DNA of 64,000 nt. It comes from a virus. Below, in pieces: positions 39,374-49,935 of the stretch. The notes beneath the pieces were generated by a model, which made no database searches, was not told the DNA's origin, and saw only the letters and a program-made list of their open reading frames with translations. The position numbers and the translations under genes are program-made. The DNA lies in IMG/VR virus record IMGVR_UViG_3300025789_001072, positions 66,705 through 130,704 of that record, one strand, 5' to 3'. Within the stretch, counting starts at the first letter, position 1, and every line of letters starts with the position of its first letter.

Positions 39374-40384
39374 TTATGCTTGCGGAACATTTCCACACAT
39401 TATATCGCATGTCATGATAGCACCCTCTTCATAACTATCTTTTGTCCAGGCACTTTCAACTTTGCCAAACCAAGCAATGCATGTTTCTAAATCATACTCA
39501 TGTAAACTATTTTTTTCTAGTAGTGGTTTAATTTGACGATTCATTTTACCATTCCAACCTTTGTCATAGGTCTCTGGACTAAATCCAAAGAAACAACATG
39601 GATATACTTTGCCTACTGCAGAAATATAAATTGATTTTTCATTTTTCGTAAAGCATGAATGGGTGGTGCCAACAACATGTGGGTTAATATAAAATTCTTT
39701 ATTCTGATTACTTTTATCCGCAATAATATTTTCAATAACTGTATCACCCCCCCATTCGCCCATAATATGAGATAGGGTGCCATCACGATTGAAGACTGGT
39801 CCTATATTTCTACCATGATCTATGAGGTCAAATCTTTTAAAACCACAATCCACGGACATACTGCGACATTCTTCTAGTTGATGTGCATTATGGTCAAATT
39901 TTATCATTTTCCAAATTGCAGTTCCACCGCCATCCATATATGTCTTTGCATTTTGTAAAATTTTATTAAAATCAGTATCTTGACGATAAAGATGATGTGT
40001 ATCCTGTAATCCATCCAAACAGAAATGCACTTCTGTACTTGTTAATTTTCCTAACTCAGACCAAAACTGTGCGTTTCTTGCGCTACCATTTGTGCTTATT
40101 TCTATTTGCAAATTTTCATTGCATGACTTAAAATATTGTAGTATTTCTAGGGATTCTAAATTAGATGTAAAATCGCCAAAGTTTCCATTAACCAACAACA
40201 CTCGCAATTGTGAAATGAATGACGGACTAAAAGATTTTTTAACAAGTTCTAACGTTAAGTTTGTTTCCACGTAACCCATATTAAATGGATAACCAAATAG
40301 GTTACGTGGACATTGTGGACACCTAGCATTGCATAGCGAACTAAATTCAATATGCAAATGTTTTATATTTTGTAGGGAAATCAT
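39374..40384 (-). CDS. Radical SAM/SPASM protein
   Basis: CNARCPQC, GNFGD, STNG, LDGL..THHLYR, VYPCC, C-terminal CDIMC. Confidence 0.9.
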   Translation of the reverse strand: MISLQNIKHLHIEFSSLCNARCPQCPRNLFGYPFNMGYVETNLTLELVKKSFSPSFISQLRVLLVNGNFGDFTSNLESLEILQYFKSCNENLQIEISTNGSARNAQFWSELGKLTSTEVHFCLDGLQDTHHLYRQDTDFNKILQNAKTYMDGGGTAIWKMIKFDHNAHQLEECRSMSVDCGFKRFDLIDHGRNIGPVFNRDGTLSHIMGEWGGDTVIENIIADKSNQNKEFYINPHVVGTTHSCFTKNEKSIYISAVGKVYPCCFFGFSPETYDKGWNGKMNRQIKPLLEKNSLHEYDLETCIAWFGKVESAWTKDSYEEGAIMTCDIMCGNVPQA

Positions 40385-40391
40385 AGGGTAT

Positions 40392-41786
40392 TTAAGTTTT
40401 TTTAATGTTGGCTAGCATTTGTTTTAGTTTACTGCTGTTAACATCTGCCACAATTTTGCCACTTTCTTCTGGTTCCGTACTTGGTATAACCGTGCTTTTA
40501 TTCTTTATACCATCAAAGATGCTACTAACAGGCTTCTTAAACTGGTGAGTGTCACCATCATCTGGCAAATCACGAATACGCAAACTGTCAACATCAAACT
40601 CAAGTTCAACCTTTTGACCAACACCACTAGATGAACGAGTCTTCATAATCTGCAACTGGTATTTGCCATGTTCACGCATACTACGAGAAGTAAAGATACC
40701 AAATAGATTATCAGCAGTGTTAATCTTGGAAATACCACCCGAAATATGGCTATGGTCAAACTCTACTTCTTCCACAGATGCACGATTCAACTGCGATGCA
40801 GTAACTAATAGAATTTGCATTTCTTTGGCAAAGTTACGAATTTCCTCACTTACATACTTGTCTTTAACAAACAAATCACTTGGACTAACTTTGGCACTAA
40901 CAGGCATAAGCAAGTCAAGATAATCGATCATAATAAAATCAACCTTACGACCAGTGCGGATTTGAAGTTCCTTTACATAAGAACGAACATCGTTGATGTT
41001 GCTTTGGGCTGGCAAATACTTAATCTGTAATCTACCACTCTTCTTACCCATCATGACAACCTTCATATCAACATTGTCAATGTCTTTGAAGATATCCTTA
41101 CTGGCAATATTGGTTACCATACTATCGATACGCATAGAGGTAAGTTCTTCGCTCAATTCTAGCGTAACATATACACCATTGAGACCAAGTTGCATCCAAT
41201 TAACTGCAATGTTCTGCATGAACAGTGACTTACCGCTACCTGAACCACCAGCAAAGATATTCAGTTCTCCCTTGTTGAAACCGCCAAAGAGTTTCTGGTC
41301 AAGTGCATTCCACCCCGTCGAAACCTGACCATTATTATCTTTGATTTTCATCAAACGTGCTTTGGGATCAGCAAAGTAATCGGTTCCAAGGTCTTTAGTC
41401 AAACTAATTTGAACTGCATCCTTGATAAGTTTTTCAACTGGACCAAAGTCACCTTTCTCAAGCAAATCTGCGGCGGCAAGAATGGCTCGTTCAAGTTCTT
41501 TTTGCTTAGTAAAATCTTCAAACTCTTCCAAGAACCAACTAGTATGATCATCAGTCATGCCAGGAACTTGAGCAAAGGTATTGTTGGTAGCAGCATTAAT
41601 CTGCTCAACAATAGGCATAACGGTGTGCTTTTCACAGTGTTCTTTAATAAACTCTGCTGCACCCTTTAAACTACGGTCAAAGTTGTTTGGATTAAAGATG
41701 TTTTGAACACGCACATAGCTTTGCGGATCACTCAACATCATCTCAACGAATAACTTTTGTATTGCGCTATCGTATGTTTTTGCCAT
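40392..41786 (-). CDS. DnaB/gp41-like replicative helicase
   Basis: GGSGSGKS, TLEL, IDYLDL, TASQLNR, KTR. Confidence 0.93.
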   Translation of the reverse strand: MAKTYDSAIQKLFVEMMLSDPQSYVRVQNIFNPNNFDRSLKGAAEFIKEHCEKHTVMPIVEQINAATNNTFAQVPGMTDDHTSWFLEEFEDFTKQKELERAILAAADLLEKGDFGPVEKLIKDAVQISLTKDLGTDYFADPKARLMKIKDNNGQVSTGWNALDQKLFGGFNKGELNIFAGGSGSGKSLFMQNIAVNWMQLGLNGVYVTLELSEELTSMRIDSMVTNIASKDIFKDIDNVDMKVVMMGKKSGRLQIKYLPAQSNINDVRSYVKELQIRTGRKVDFIMIDYLDLLMPVSAKVSPSDLFVKDKYVSEEIRNFAKEMQILLVTASQLNRASVEEVEFDHSHISGGISKINTADNLFGIFTSRSMREHGKYQLQIMKTRSSSGVGQKVELEFDVDSLRIRDLPDDGDTHQFKKPVSSIFDGIKNKSTVIPSTEPEESGKIVADVNSSKLKQMLANIKKT

Positions 41787-41817
41787 TAGGTAATTATATA
41801 CTTTTCATTTGAGATTG

Positions 41818-42816
41818 TCAAAACCATTTTTTAGTATGGAGTTGAATTTTTAACTTATTAGTTTGCACACTATCTAAAATACTGCGCATCGTGAACAATG
41901 TGCCATATTTTGCAACGGCATCAGCTACGTCCTTAATACCATCGCCCCAATCAGGAAATGCCACGCTCCACCCATACCTTAGCGCAGCATCAACCATTGC
42001 TCCACCAGCCTTATCACGATCAGGTACAACAATGATATCACGGTCTAATGTTTCAATAACTTGAGCCTGACCATCATTAATTTCATTCGAACAAATTGCA
42101 AGCGCACCGATAGCAACCGCATCAAGCAATCCTTCTACAACAATACAAAACTTTGCATCCTTGTGTTGTTTGTCATATCCCCATATCATATTGCTTGGAT
42201 AGTTAGAGAAGTATTTTATCTTCTTCTTACCATCTTCAAACAACCGACCGCTAAATCCCATAGGTTTGTTTTTCCAAGTAAATGGAACTAACACACGGTT
42301 TCTTAAAGAAGGGTCGTCTGTCCAGTAAAAATCAGATAGCTTATCGCCAAACCCTCTAGAATCAAGATAATTAATAGCAGTTTCAAGAGAATTATAATCG
42401 TCTTCATTGATATACCCATCATTTAACCAACTTGTAATAGGACGACCAGGACATGGCTCACGAGGTTCATAGGTAGGCAATTGCCGTGGTTCTGGCGCAA
42501 TTGGTTCTGCAGATGCAGTAGCCATTGCAAACAAACTAAGACGAGAAATAGTATCATCGGCAATACCAAGCCAAGCCATCCAACGGCGCATCTTATATGA
42601 AAGACGATTACCTGGTTGCCAAGCGGCAGTGTAATGACAATTAAAACAGTGAGCAGTAATACCGCCCTCTGGTGACGGCATAACACCACCACGACCACGA
42701 GTATCTACACCGTGACCATTATGATGGCAGCAGACAGCATTGAAACTTATCCAACCGCTAGGTGTGGATTTGCGTTTCCATGGCAGATGCTGCAGGATTT
42801 GGTCAGTTATTTCCAT
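41818..42816 (-). CDS. DNA primase (Zn finger + TOPRIM)
   Basis: CCHH...HCFNC; VEGLLDA; PDRDKAG; KDVAD. Confidence 0.88.
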   Translation of the reverse strand: MEITDQILQHLPWKRKSTPSGWISFNAVCCHHNGHGVDTRGRGGVMPSPEGGITAHCFNCHYTAAWQPGNRLSYKMRRWMAWLGIADDTISRLSLFAMATASAEPIAPEPRQLPTYEPREPCPGRPITSWLNDGYINEDDYNSLETAINYLDSRGFGDKLSDFYWTDDPSLRNRVLVPFTWKNKPMGFSGRLFEDGKKKIKYFSNYPSNMIWGYDKQHKDAKFCIVVEGLLDAVAIGALAICSNEINDGQAQVIETLDRDIIVVPDRDKAGGAMVDAALRYGWSVAFPDWGDGIKDVADAVAKYGTLFTMRSILDSVQTNKLKIQLHTKKWF

Positions 42817-42846
42817 ACAACTAATATAACAGATTTATGGCAAAAG

Positions 42847-43635
42847 TCAAGGACGATATGCGATATAATTCACTGTGCCATTAACTTGTGTGATTTTAAA
42901 ACGAACAGCGTTAAACTTGCCTTGAAAGTTAAAATATCCATTACCGCTAAAGTTGTTAAGTGCAACAGTGTTAATAGTAATATAAGAGTTTGGATTTAAC
43001 GTGGTTGGTATTTCTTGCGTGATTTGTAGATCAATATTGCCAGTAAATGCATTAGCGTTGTACTGAACCGTTTGTTGTACTGCTACACCCTTAACACGAT
43101 CAGCAATGACACTGGTGCCAGTGTAAGCAACATTCATATAATTTGTATCACTGTTATTGCCATATTGTAAAATAGTAGGCAGCAGCGTTGGCACAAATGC
43201 AGGATAAACATTTTCGTTTACTCGTGCTTGTCCTTGTGCATTATAGTTGTCATCACTATAAGCAATCTGTTGTTCACCTTCACCATTGGTAACTACAATG
43301 CTATAATTGTATAAGCCAGCATTAATATTGTCTAACAGCGTCTGTTCCATTGTGGCGGTTGCAGTGCCAGTATCGGTATAAACAACGACTAGGTTTCTGC
43401 TAAACACTAATTCTTGAGAGGTAGGATCAATAAGGTTAAATAAAACTGTACTATCTAATAAACTCACAGGCTTTTGATCGGCATTTTTAATTAGAATCTG
43501 AAATTTATTATCTATACCTTTATAAATTTGTAATGGACGAGCATACACTAACTGATTCTCCCTGTGAGGTGCAAAGTCATTATTCTTTACAACTGTTATA
43601 ACTTGTTTATATAAATAACCTGAAATTGGCTGCAC
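42847..43635 (-). CDS. Ig-like virion/baseplate protein
   Basis: IYKGIDNKFQILIKNADQKPV...GLYNYSI; late promoter upstream. Confidence 0.55.
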   Translation of the reverse strand: MQPISGYLYKQVITVVKNNDFAPHRENQLVYARPLQIYKGIDNKFQILIKNADQKPVSLLDSTVLFNLIDPTSQELVFSRNLVVVYTDTGTATATMEQTLLDNINAGLYNYSIVVTNGEGEQQIAYSDDNYNAQGQARVNENVYPAFVPTLLPTILQYGNNSDTNYMNVAYTGTSVIADRVKGVAVQQTVQYNANAFTGNIDLQITQEIPTTLNPNSYITINTVALNNFSGNGYFNFQGKFNAVRFKITQVNGTVNYIAYRP

Positions 43636-43661
43636 AACAATGGACTCCGCATATATTTATT

Positions 43662-44033
43662 ATGATTTCAATTGAACAAATGTTAGAAAAATATCCCTTC
43701 CTAAGTTATATACGATACACGCATAGTGATTACATTGGTGTCATTCAAAACTTTGACAACGATATCATTAGCATGTATGCATTTAACAAACTACGAACAG
43801 ATAAAGATAAGATTGCTTTTTTAGAAGCAGCAGAAATATGGTGGTGGGAAAGTAACCGTCTTATCCCAATAAATATATTCTTAAAAGATACTTGGAATCC
43901 TTTCCGTTACAGCACTGTAACTCTTACATGCAAAGATATCCAAGAACAGCAAGGCCATGTTGTTTCCATTGCCAAACTTGCAGAACGCAGAACCAAACGT
44001 CGTGTAGTTCAGTTAGTTAAGCGTCTCGCTTAA
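43662..44033 (+). CDS. Hypothetical phage protein
   Basis: KYPFLS...WWWESNRLIPINIFL; start moved to ATG at 43662. Confidence 0.7.
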   Translation: MISIEQMLEKYPFLSYIRYTHSDYIGVIQNFDNDIISMYAFNKLRTDKDKIAFLEAAEIWWWESNRLIPINIFLKDTWNPFRYSTVTLTCKDIQEQQGHVVSIAKLAERRTKRRVVQLVKRLA

Positions 44034-44685
44034 TCAATAATAATAATTCCTCAACACTTATTATACTTTTAGAACCTTTACTTGAATTTTTATTTGCTTC
44101 TAATACCTGTAAGTTTGCGGGATGGTTTACTACATTTATTGGCAAGTTTGCATTCCACGCATCTAAAATACTTAACTTATGATCTACATGATAGGTTTGG
44201 CGTCCCAAATTATATCCTTGATCTTTAGCCCATATCTGTGCCGCTGTTCTAATCTTTCTTGCATAATGACGAAATTCTTTTGCAATTTCTGGTGTTATTA
44301 AACCAGATTTTTTTCTTCTAACATTTTTACTTTTTTCAATTGCATCTGTATTGTTTGCACAAGTTTTTAAAAATATTTCTTTTGTTCTCTTCTTTCGTTC
44401 TATTGCTTCGGGCCGTTTCCATTGTTCTTTAACAAAATTAGAATGTTTTTTAATATATTCAGGACAATTTTGTGCAATTGGCAAACACGTATATTTTCCA
44501 TGTGTGTTTATAATTGTAGCCAATTGACCACATCCATGATCACACAACTTTCCCTCTGGTATAGGGTCGTGTGTTTTTTTATGATATGAATACATTGCTG
44601 GATTATTGCTTATGTATTCACAATATTCACATTTTCGAGGATAATTTTGTTTAACCCAATTATCATAATTTTTACTTTTCGGCAT
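44017..44685 (-). CDS. HNH homing endonuclease
   Basis: CEYC, CDHGCG, YHVDHKLSI...NHPANLQVLEANKNSSKG. Confidence 0.8.
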   Translation of the reverse strand: MPKSKNYDNWVKQNYPRKCEYCEYISNNPAMYSYHKKTHDPIPEGKLCDHGCGQLATIINTHGKYTCLPIAQNCPEYIKKHSNFVKEQWKRPEAIERKKRTKEIFLKTCANNTDAIEKSKNVRRKKSGLITPEIAKEFRHYARKIRTAAQIWAKDQGYNLGRQTYHVDHKLSILDAWNANLPINVVNHPANLQVLEANKNSSKGSKSIISVEELLLLIKRDA

Positions 44686-44712
44686 AATATTATTTATGCT
44701 TACTTCAAAAAA

Positions 44713-45273
44713 TCACACGTTTTTTTCGCAAAGTAGATTCATGTGAATCATAACCAATAATGCGTAGGAAAAACTATGCGCACGTTTAAAATAATAACCT
44801 TCACTAGGTTTAATCCAAATTTCTTCTGCAATCTCTCGCCATCGTTTGCCAATAAGATATCGCTTACTTGGACGAATCAACGCCAATACCATTGCTAATT
44901 TCTCTAGCGTATCGGGAAAATGTTTCTGCACCGTATCAAAATGATTGTTGAGATGCATCAACTTATCAACAAATTCTTTATCTTTGAGCAAATTCCAATC
45001 AGGTTCTTTTGCGACTAACTCATCAAGATGCTCATTGCTCTTGACTAAATTATAGATATGCACATTCAACATATCTAATTTCATATAACCTAATTCTTCG
45101 GCTTCATTATAATCAATATTGGATAATCCTGTTAGCGGATTATAAGGAATAGTATTGACATAGACTCCAGTGTTATGCTTGACAACAACACCATCACGAG
45201 TAATACTCGCAGGAATATGCTTGATAAGTTTCAAGATATCCTCACGGTTTCCAAAGTCTATGTCAATGTCCAT
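44713..45273 (-). CDS. Minimal or split DNA polymerase III alpha (DnaE) catalytic fragment
   Basis: MDIDIDF, KHNTGVY, GYMKLDMLN, ALIRP, YYFKRAHSFSYA; ATG via TAATG overlap. Confidence 0.85.
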   Translation of the reverse strand: MDIDIDFGNREDILKLIKHIPASITRDGVVVKHNTGVYVNTIPYNPLTGLSNIDYNEAEELGYMKLDMLNVHIYNLVKSNEHLDELVAKEPDWNLLKDKEFVDKLMHLNNHFDTVQKHFPDTLEKLAMVLALIRPSKRYLIGKRWREIAEEIWIKPSEGYYFKRAHSFSYALLVMIHMNLLCEKNV

Positions 45274-45488
45274 TATTTGAATCCCCAACGCAAAATAAAC
45301 AATGCTGCATCTTCTTCATCATAAAATCTAATTCCCCAGCGATACTCTTGACCATTGCCAATAAACCATCTTGGGCTTTCATCATTTGGTGGGTTGGGCA
45401 TATTCTCGTCAAGCCATATTCCAACTTCAACAATGTCATGATTCCATAAATCTTCGGAAAATTCAATATCGATATGACTCACGACCAT
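45273..45488 (-). CDS. Small hypothetical protein
   Basis: C-terminus FYDEEDAALFILRW. Confidence 0.65.
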   Translation of the reverse strand: MVVSHIDIEFSEDLWNHDIVEVGIWLDENMPNPPNDESPRWFIGNGQEYRWGIRFYDEEDAALFILRWGFK

Positions 45489-45739
45489 CTCATCAAGAAT
45501 AACATTCGATCTTCTTCATCGGCAAATACTAATACCATGCCAGTTTGCCAACTTTTATTTCCCCATTGTTCCCACGCAGGTGATACTTTTTTTAAACTAG
45601 CATTTACCCATGTTCGAATTTCAATTTCATTTGCTTGCCAAAACTTAACATCAGAAATAACTAACATACTAAGACCTTTGCCACAATTAATACCTGGTAT
45701 TGGCGAAGGAACAACAAATCTTTGTTTTTCTTTAGTCAT
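45479..45739 (-). CDS. Small hypothetical protein, same family as neighbour
   Basis: C-terminus FADEEDRMLFLMRW. Confidence 0.65.
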   Translation of the reverse strand: MTKEKQRFVVPSPIPGINCGKGLSMLVISDVKFWQANEIEIRTWVNASLKKVSPAWEQWGNKSWQTGMVLVFADEEDRMLFLMRWS

Positions 45740-46470
45740 TAGAAACCTGCTTGCGCCATAATATGACGAGAAAGTTCAGCATCAGCCGTATAATCTTTTA
45801 ACTTACGTTGCCAAAATTCAAAATCAATCCATGTTATTAGCATTGTAATTTGTTCTTCGGATAGCGTTTGCAACTTTTCAATGCCACTATCACAGCAATA
45901 GATTGCCCATGGTGAAATACGACCATTGGTAATATGCAATACCAAGCGATTGTTGCTTATTTTATTGAAATAGTCGTTGATTTGATTGCCAGTTTCTTCT
46001 GCCCATTCTTGCATAGTAATTACACTGCGCTCTAGCGCATCAGTTGAACTTTCACTGCGCAACAATCCATATAGGTATTCTTCATAAACCTTATCTTTGC
46101 ACCAGTTATCAATCTTGATTTGATTCTTTAGCACATAATCCATAAATTGTTTAACATTAATTGCACTAATTGCAACACAATGCCGCCCAAACTTTACAAA
46201 TGCATTGTAGAAGTTATTGCTACAAAAATCTTCATAAGTCTTTAACTTTGCTGAACCTTGAGTAAGTTCATAAAACCGTAACCAAGTTTGAAATCCAATG
46301 ATAACACCTTTTTCACCTTGCTGCAAATCACGGCGCTTTGGCTCACATTGATGAACTTGAAGGGTGCTTTCACGCACAAAACCTTGACCACAATATTTGC
46401 ATTTGTGTTCGCCTGATTTCATATCACGCCTTGCTTCTTCTGCAATCTTTTGCAATTCACTCATAACCAT
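45739..46470 (-). CDS. Zinc-finger protein
   Basis: CKYCGQGF...LQVHQC. Confidence 0.7.
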   Translation of the reverse strand: MVMSELQKIAEEARRDMKSGEHKCKYCGQGFVRESTLQVHQCEPKRRDLQQGEKGVIIGFQTWLRFYELTQGSAKLKTYEDFCSNNFYNAFVKFGRHCVAISAINVKQFMDYVLKNQIKIDNWCKDKVYEEYLYGLLRSESSTDALERSVITMQEWAEETGNQINDYFNKISNNRLVLHITNGRISPWAIYCCDSGIEKLQTLSEEQITMLITWIDFEFWQRKLKDYTADAELSRHIMAQAGF

Positions 46471-46485
46471 ACTTTAACACACCAG

Positions 46486-47397
46486 TTATTCGTTTACAAT
46501 ATCATTGATGATATCGGTGGCAATTTCAATATTGCATATGCCAGTATCAACCCAGAAGGCAATAATTTGATTTCGTAAATCATCGTTCATCTTAATAATA
46601 GCACGACGATGTATACCAGACACTAATATATTACTGTTTGTCATATAAGATTGTGTTAAAAATTTTGATAAGGACATATCAGTAGTAATTAAGTGTAAAT
46701 CTCTATCCCATAAACTGTTGACAAAATCATTTGTTATAAAATAATGATCTTCTAATTTGCCATGCTTAGATATAATATGCGATTGCATAGGATAAAATTC
46801 ATTTGTGTGTGCTGGCACAAAATTTCCAAAAAAACTGTCAGGTGTTAAATTAAAATCAGATAACAGTACTACTTCCAACTCTTCAAGAAATTTTCGCTTA
46901 ATTAAAAATGGTGTAACTATTGGTAATGTTTTAACAGACATATCAATATTAAATAAATCAAATACATATTTTTTCAATGGATAACATGGCAAATCACCTT
47001 CTAATATATCGTTGTCATATTGCGCAATAAGTTTACCATCATTTATAAAAGTATGTTCATTGATTTCTTTAATAAAAAAATTCTTTGCATCTAATATTAC
47101 TATATTCTCGGCGTGACATGCTTTATGTGCAATAAGTTTAAGAACTTGTTGACGCACATATCCATCTTCGGTAAGATGACCGCTATAAATTTCCTGCCAT
47201 CTAACAATTTTAACGAACCTTGCAAGATTGCCAAAGTGTAAACTAATATCTTCAATATTATATGTGGGATTATTAGAATTTTCAACTATTACAATCTGAT
47301 TAATTGGTAATGATTGGCAAAATTTACTAACACTGTGAGCAAGTATCTTTAAAAGAGGATAATCATTTTCATAAACAACAACAAATAAATCAAACAT
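46486..47397 (-). CDS. DUF6492-like GT-A glycosyltransferase
   Basis: GYVRQQVLKL, ILDAKNFF, TPF, NEF. Confidence 0.65.
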   Translation of the reverse strand: MFDLFVVVYENDYPLLKILAHSVSKFCQSLPINQIVIVENSNNPTYNIEDISLHFGNLARFVKIVRWQEIYSGHLTEDGYVRQQVLKLIAHKACHAENIVILDAKNFFIKEINEHTFINDGKLIAQYDNDILEGDLPCYPLKKYVFDLFNIDMSVKTLPIVTPFLIKRKFLEELEVVLLSDFNLTPDSFFGNFVPAHTNEFYPMQSHIISKHGKLEDHYFITNDFVNSLWDRDLHLITTDMSLSKFLTQSYMTNSNILVSGIHRRAIIKMNDDLRNQIIAFWVDTGICNIEIATDIINDIVNE

Positions 47398-48346
47398 AAT
47401 TTTTTATACCGTTGATAACATCGGTTGCCTCGCTATAATTACATAGATCAAGTTTTATCCAAAACAATTTTAACTGTTCAATAACATCATCCGTCATAAG
47501 TCTGATAGACCTACGATGCACACTGCTACAAAAAATATTGTCACCCACCGCCCATTCCAATGTTAATACTTGTTCTAAATTTCTAGGAACTTTTGCACCA
47601 TCAATTAAATCCCAATGAAAATCATTCCATCTTTCAATATCTATTGGCCATATTCCGCTATTATAACTTCCGCACTGTGGGTTGTCATTCGTAAAGAAAA
47701 AATACGATTCAAAATTGCCATATTTTTTTAAAATAAATGATTGTAGAAGCATGAACTCGTTTGTTTTATCTTCTTTATTATGTCCAATAATATCTTGCGG
47801 TAGATAATTGAAGTGTTCTGCAATATAATCAAGACATTCTTTTAATGTTTCTCGTTTAATAAAAAAAGGAGTTCTTACCATTATTTGACGGCTATCAGAT
47901 GATAAATCAAATAGGCTATGTGTAAAAATTTTATTTTCTAACCAAAATTCTGCGGTAGTATCATATACTGCTCGTAATTTATTGCGTTGAATTATCGCAT
48001 TTAACTCAACAGGTTTGACAAAGAAATTCTTAGCATCAAGAATCATAATATATTTACTGTTACAAAGTTTAAATGCATTTAACTTTAGTATCTGTTGAAC
48101 ATCATATCCATCATGCCATGGACCATCATATATTTCATTGTAATTATGTATGCTTACCTTGTTTGCAAATGAACCAAAGTAATGACATTGATTGGTTAAC
48201 GCATCATTTATATTTTCATGATGATCATTGCCAACAACAACAATTTTGTTAATTGGAAAATTGTGACAAAATTTATCAATACTTCTGGCAAGTATTTTTA
48301 GTTGTGGAAAATCATCTTTACATACAACAACAAATATATCAAACAT
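47390..48346 (-). CDS. DUF6492-like GT-A glycosyltransferase
   Basis: GYDVQQILKL, ILDAKNFF, TPF, NEF; tandem paralogue. Confidence 0.65.
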   Translation of the reverse strand: MFDIFVVVCKDDFPQLKILARSIDKFCHNFPINKIVVVGNDHHENINDALTNQCHYFGSFANKVSIHNYNEIYDGPWHDGYDVQQILKLNAFKLCNSKYIMILDAKNFFVKPVELNAIIQRNKLRAVYDTTAEFWLENKIFTHSLFDLSSDSRQIMVRTPFFIKRETLKECLDYIAEHFNYLPQDIIGHNKEDKTNEFMLLQSFILKKYGNFESYFFFTNDNPQCGSYNSGIWPIDIERWNDFHWDLIDGAKVPRNLEQVLTLEWAVGDNIFCSSVHRRSIRLMTDDVIEQLKLFWIKLDLCNYSEATDVINGIKNYV

Positions 48347-48866
48347 TTAATTTTAACTCTGGAATCGTATGATATTGACTAATAGTAAGATCAAACCCAT
48401 TAATAATATCTCTATGTATTGGCAGTTCACTTAAATCATACGATGGATTTCCATGTATAGCATAACTGCCATATTCAGGATGATGACCAAAATATACTTT
48501 AGGGACATTAATGTGTTGCACTGCCTGATTAATGAATAAATGATGTGGATGACCATATTCACCAAAGTGATTATGAGTTAAAATAGTATCTGCTTTATAA
48601 CAATGATAATCTATAAATTTCTTTGCATCGATATCATTGAATCCTATTTCCCCATTCTTTACCGATTTCCAATCGTCGATAAAACCACCAAAATTAGTTT
48701 CAATTCCACGAGATGTCCAGAAATTTTTCATTTCTATGGCTCGTTCATGTGGCAAGTTGTATGTAAGATAGCATATATTCCAATCCCAATCGCTGTGTTC
48801 CATTATATAGTGGTAACCAAAAATTACACAATCATCAGGATGTGCTACCATACACAATGCTTTCAT
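48339..48866 (-). CDS. PIG-L/LmbE-family deacetylase
   Basis: VAHPDD, THNHFGEYGHPHH; start at MKAL (ATGA overlap). Confidence 0.85.
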   Translation of the reverse strand: MKALCMVAHPDDCVIFGYHYIMEHSDWDWNICYLTYNLPHERAIEMKNFWTSRGIETNFGGFIDDWKSVKNGEIGFNDIDAKKFIDYHCYKADTILTHNHFGEYGHPHHLFINQAVQHINVPKVYFGHHPEYGSYAIHGNPSYDLSELPIHRDIINGFDLTISQYHTIPELKLNV

Positions 48867-49723
48867 ATTATATTCCGTTTTTTTAAATAATTTAGCCAAC
48901 GTTCTTGTTGATTAGTTGTTAATAATTTAAATGCAGTAGGATGAATACTGGCAGTAAATACTTTTCCTATTTCGGTTTCATCTTCTACTCGTTGCATCCA
49001 CTCTTCAAAATCTTGTGCCATTGATTGTTCATAATTATAATTAGTAGTAAGTTGCTTTCCATTATACAGTATCTTAAATAAATTTTCTTTAAAAACCCAA
49101 ACAGAATAACACAGAAATTCAGAAATAGCATCAGAATCAGGAATATTTGGATCATAAAAAAGACAATGTGTATGAAACCATTCAATAAAGTTTAGATTAT
49201 CATCAACCATTGCTCGCATAGTAGGCACATGCGCCATAAATGGCACACCACCTGGACTTACCCATGAATCTAATTCTAAAACATTGTATACTTTTTTAAG
49301 ATATGAAAATCCAGGTTGCCAATATTCACTAACTTTAACTTTTGAAAATCTAGCACGATTTTCTTGAAATACTAAATTTATATAAAATTTGTTAACCATA
49401 AAAGTTTTAGAATCGAAAATAAAACACCAATCACTTTCACAATTGGCAGTTCCTAAAATTTTACATAATTGCTGTGTATACCAACCCCATAATGTTGCTG
49501 GTGGGAAATAACCAATATCATTACGATGAATTACTCGCACTTTATCTTTATTGGTATTCCACCAAGATATATCAATATCGGCATGTGTTAAATTATCATC
49601 GTTTAAAATAACATAAAGATTTTTTACATTATCATCATTAACATAAGTTGAAAAACTTTGCGCTTGTTTTTTTAAAAAATCAAGATCATTACGATATACA
49701 ACTGTAAGAAAGTCAATATTCAT
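48863..49723 (-). CDS. DUF6492-like GT-A glycosyltransferase
   Basis: GWYTQQLCKI, IFDSKTF, VPF, SEF. Confidence 0.62.
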   Translation of the reverse strand: MNIDFLTVVYRNDLDFLKKQAQSFSTYVNDDNVKNLYVILNDDNLTHADIDISWWNTNKDKVRVIHRNDIGYFPPATLWGWYTQQLCKILGTANCESDWCFIFDSKTFMVNKFYINLVFQENRARFSKVKVSEYWQPGFSYLKKVYNVLELDSWVSPGGVPFMAHVPTMRAMVDDNLNFIEWFHTHCLFYDPNIPDSDAISEFLCYSVWVFKENLFKILYNGKQLTTNYNYEQSMAQDFEEWMQRVEDETEIGKVFTASIHPTAFKLLTTNQQERWLNYLKKRNII

Positions 49724-49935
49724 TTTGTTATTTCATGCAATACTTTGACACTATTAAGTGCATCCATCACACTAGTATTATTACTCTTAAACACTGGTCC
49801 CCATTCCTTCCAGAACGCAACCAATTCCATCATTTCAATAGAGAACCTAATATCAATATTTTGTCCACCATGTGTTTCTTGGATGTTAATAAACGCAACA
49901 TCACCTGCATTAGTAAAAGCACTTTTAAGTGTCAT
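49720..49935 (-). CDS. Small hypothetical protein
   Basis: ATGA-coupled on both sides. Confidence 0.6.
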   Translation of the reverse strand: MTLKSAFTNAGDVAFINIQETHGGQNIDIRFSIEMMELVAFWKEWGPVFKSNNTSVMDALNSVKVLHEITK

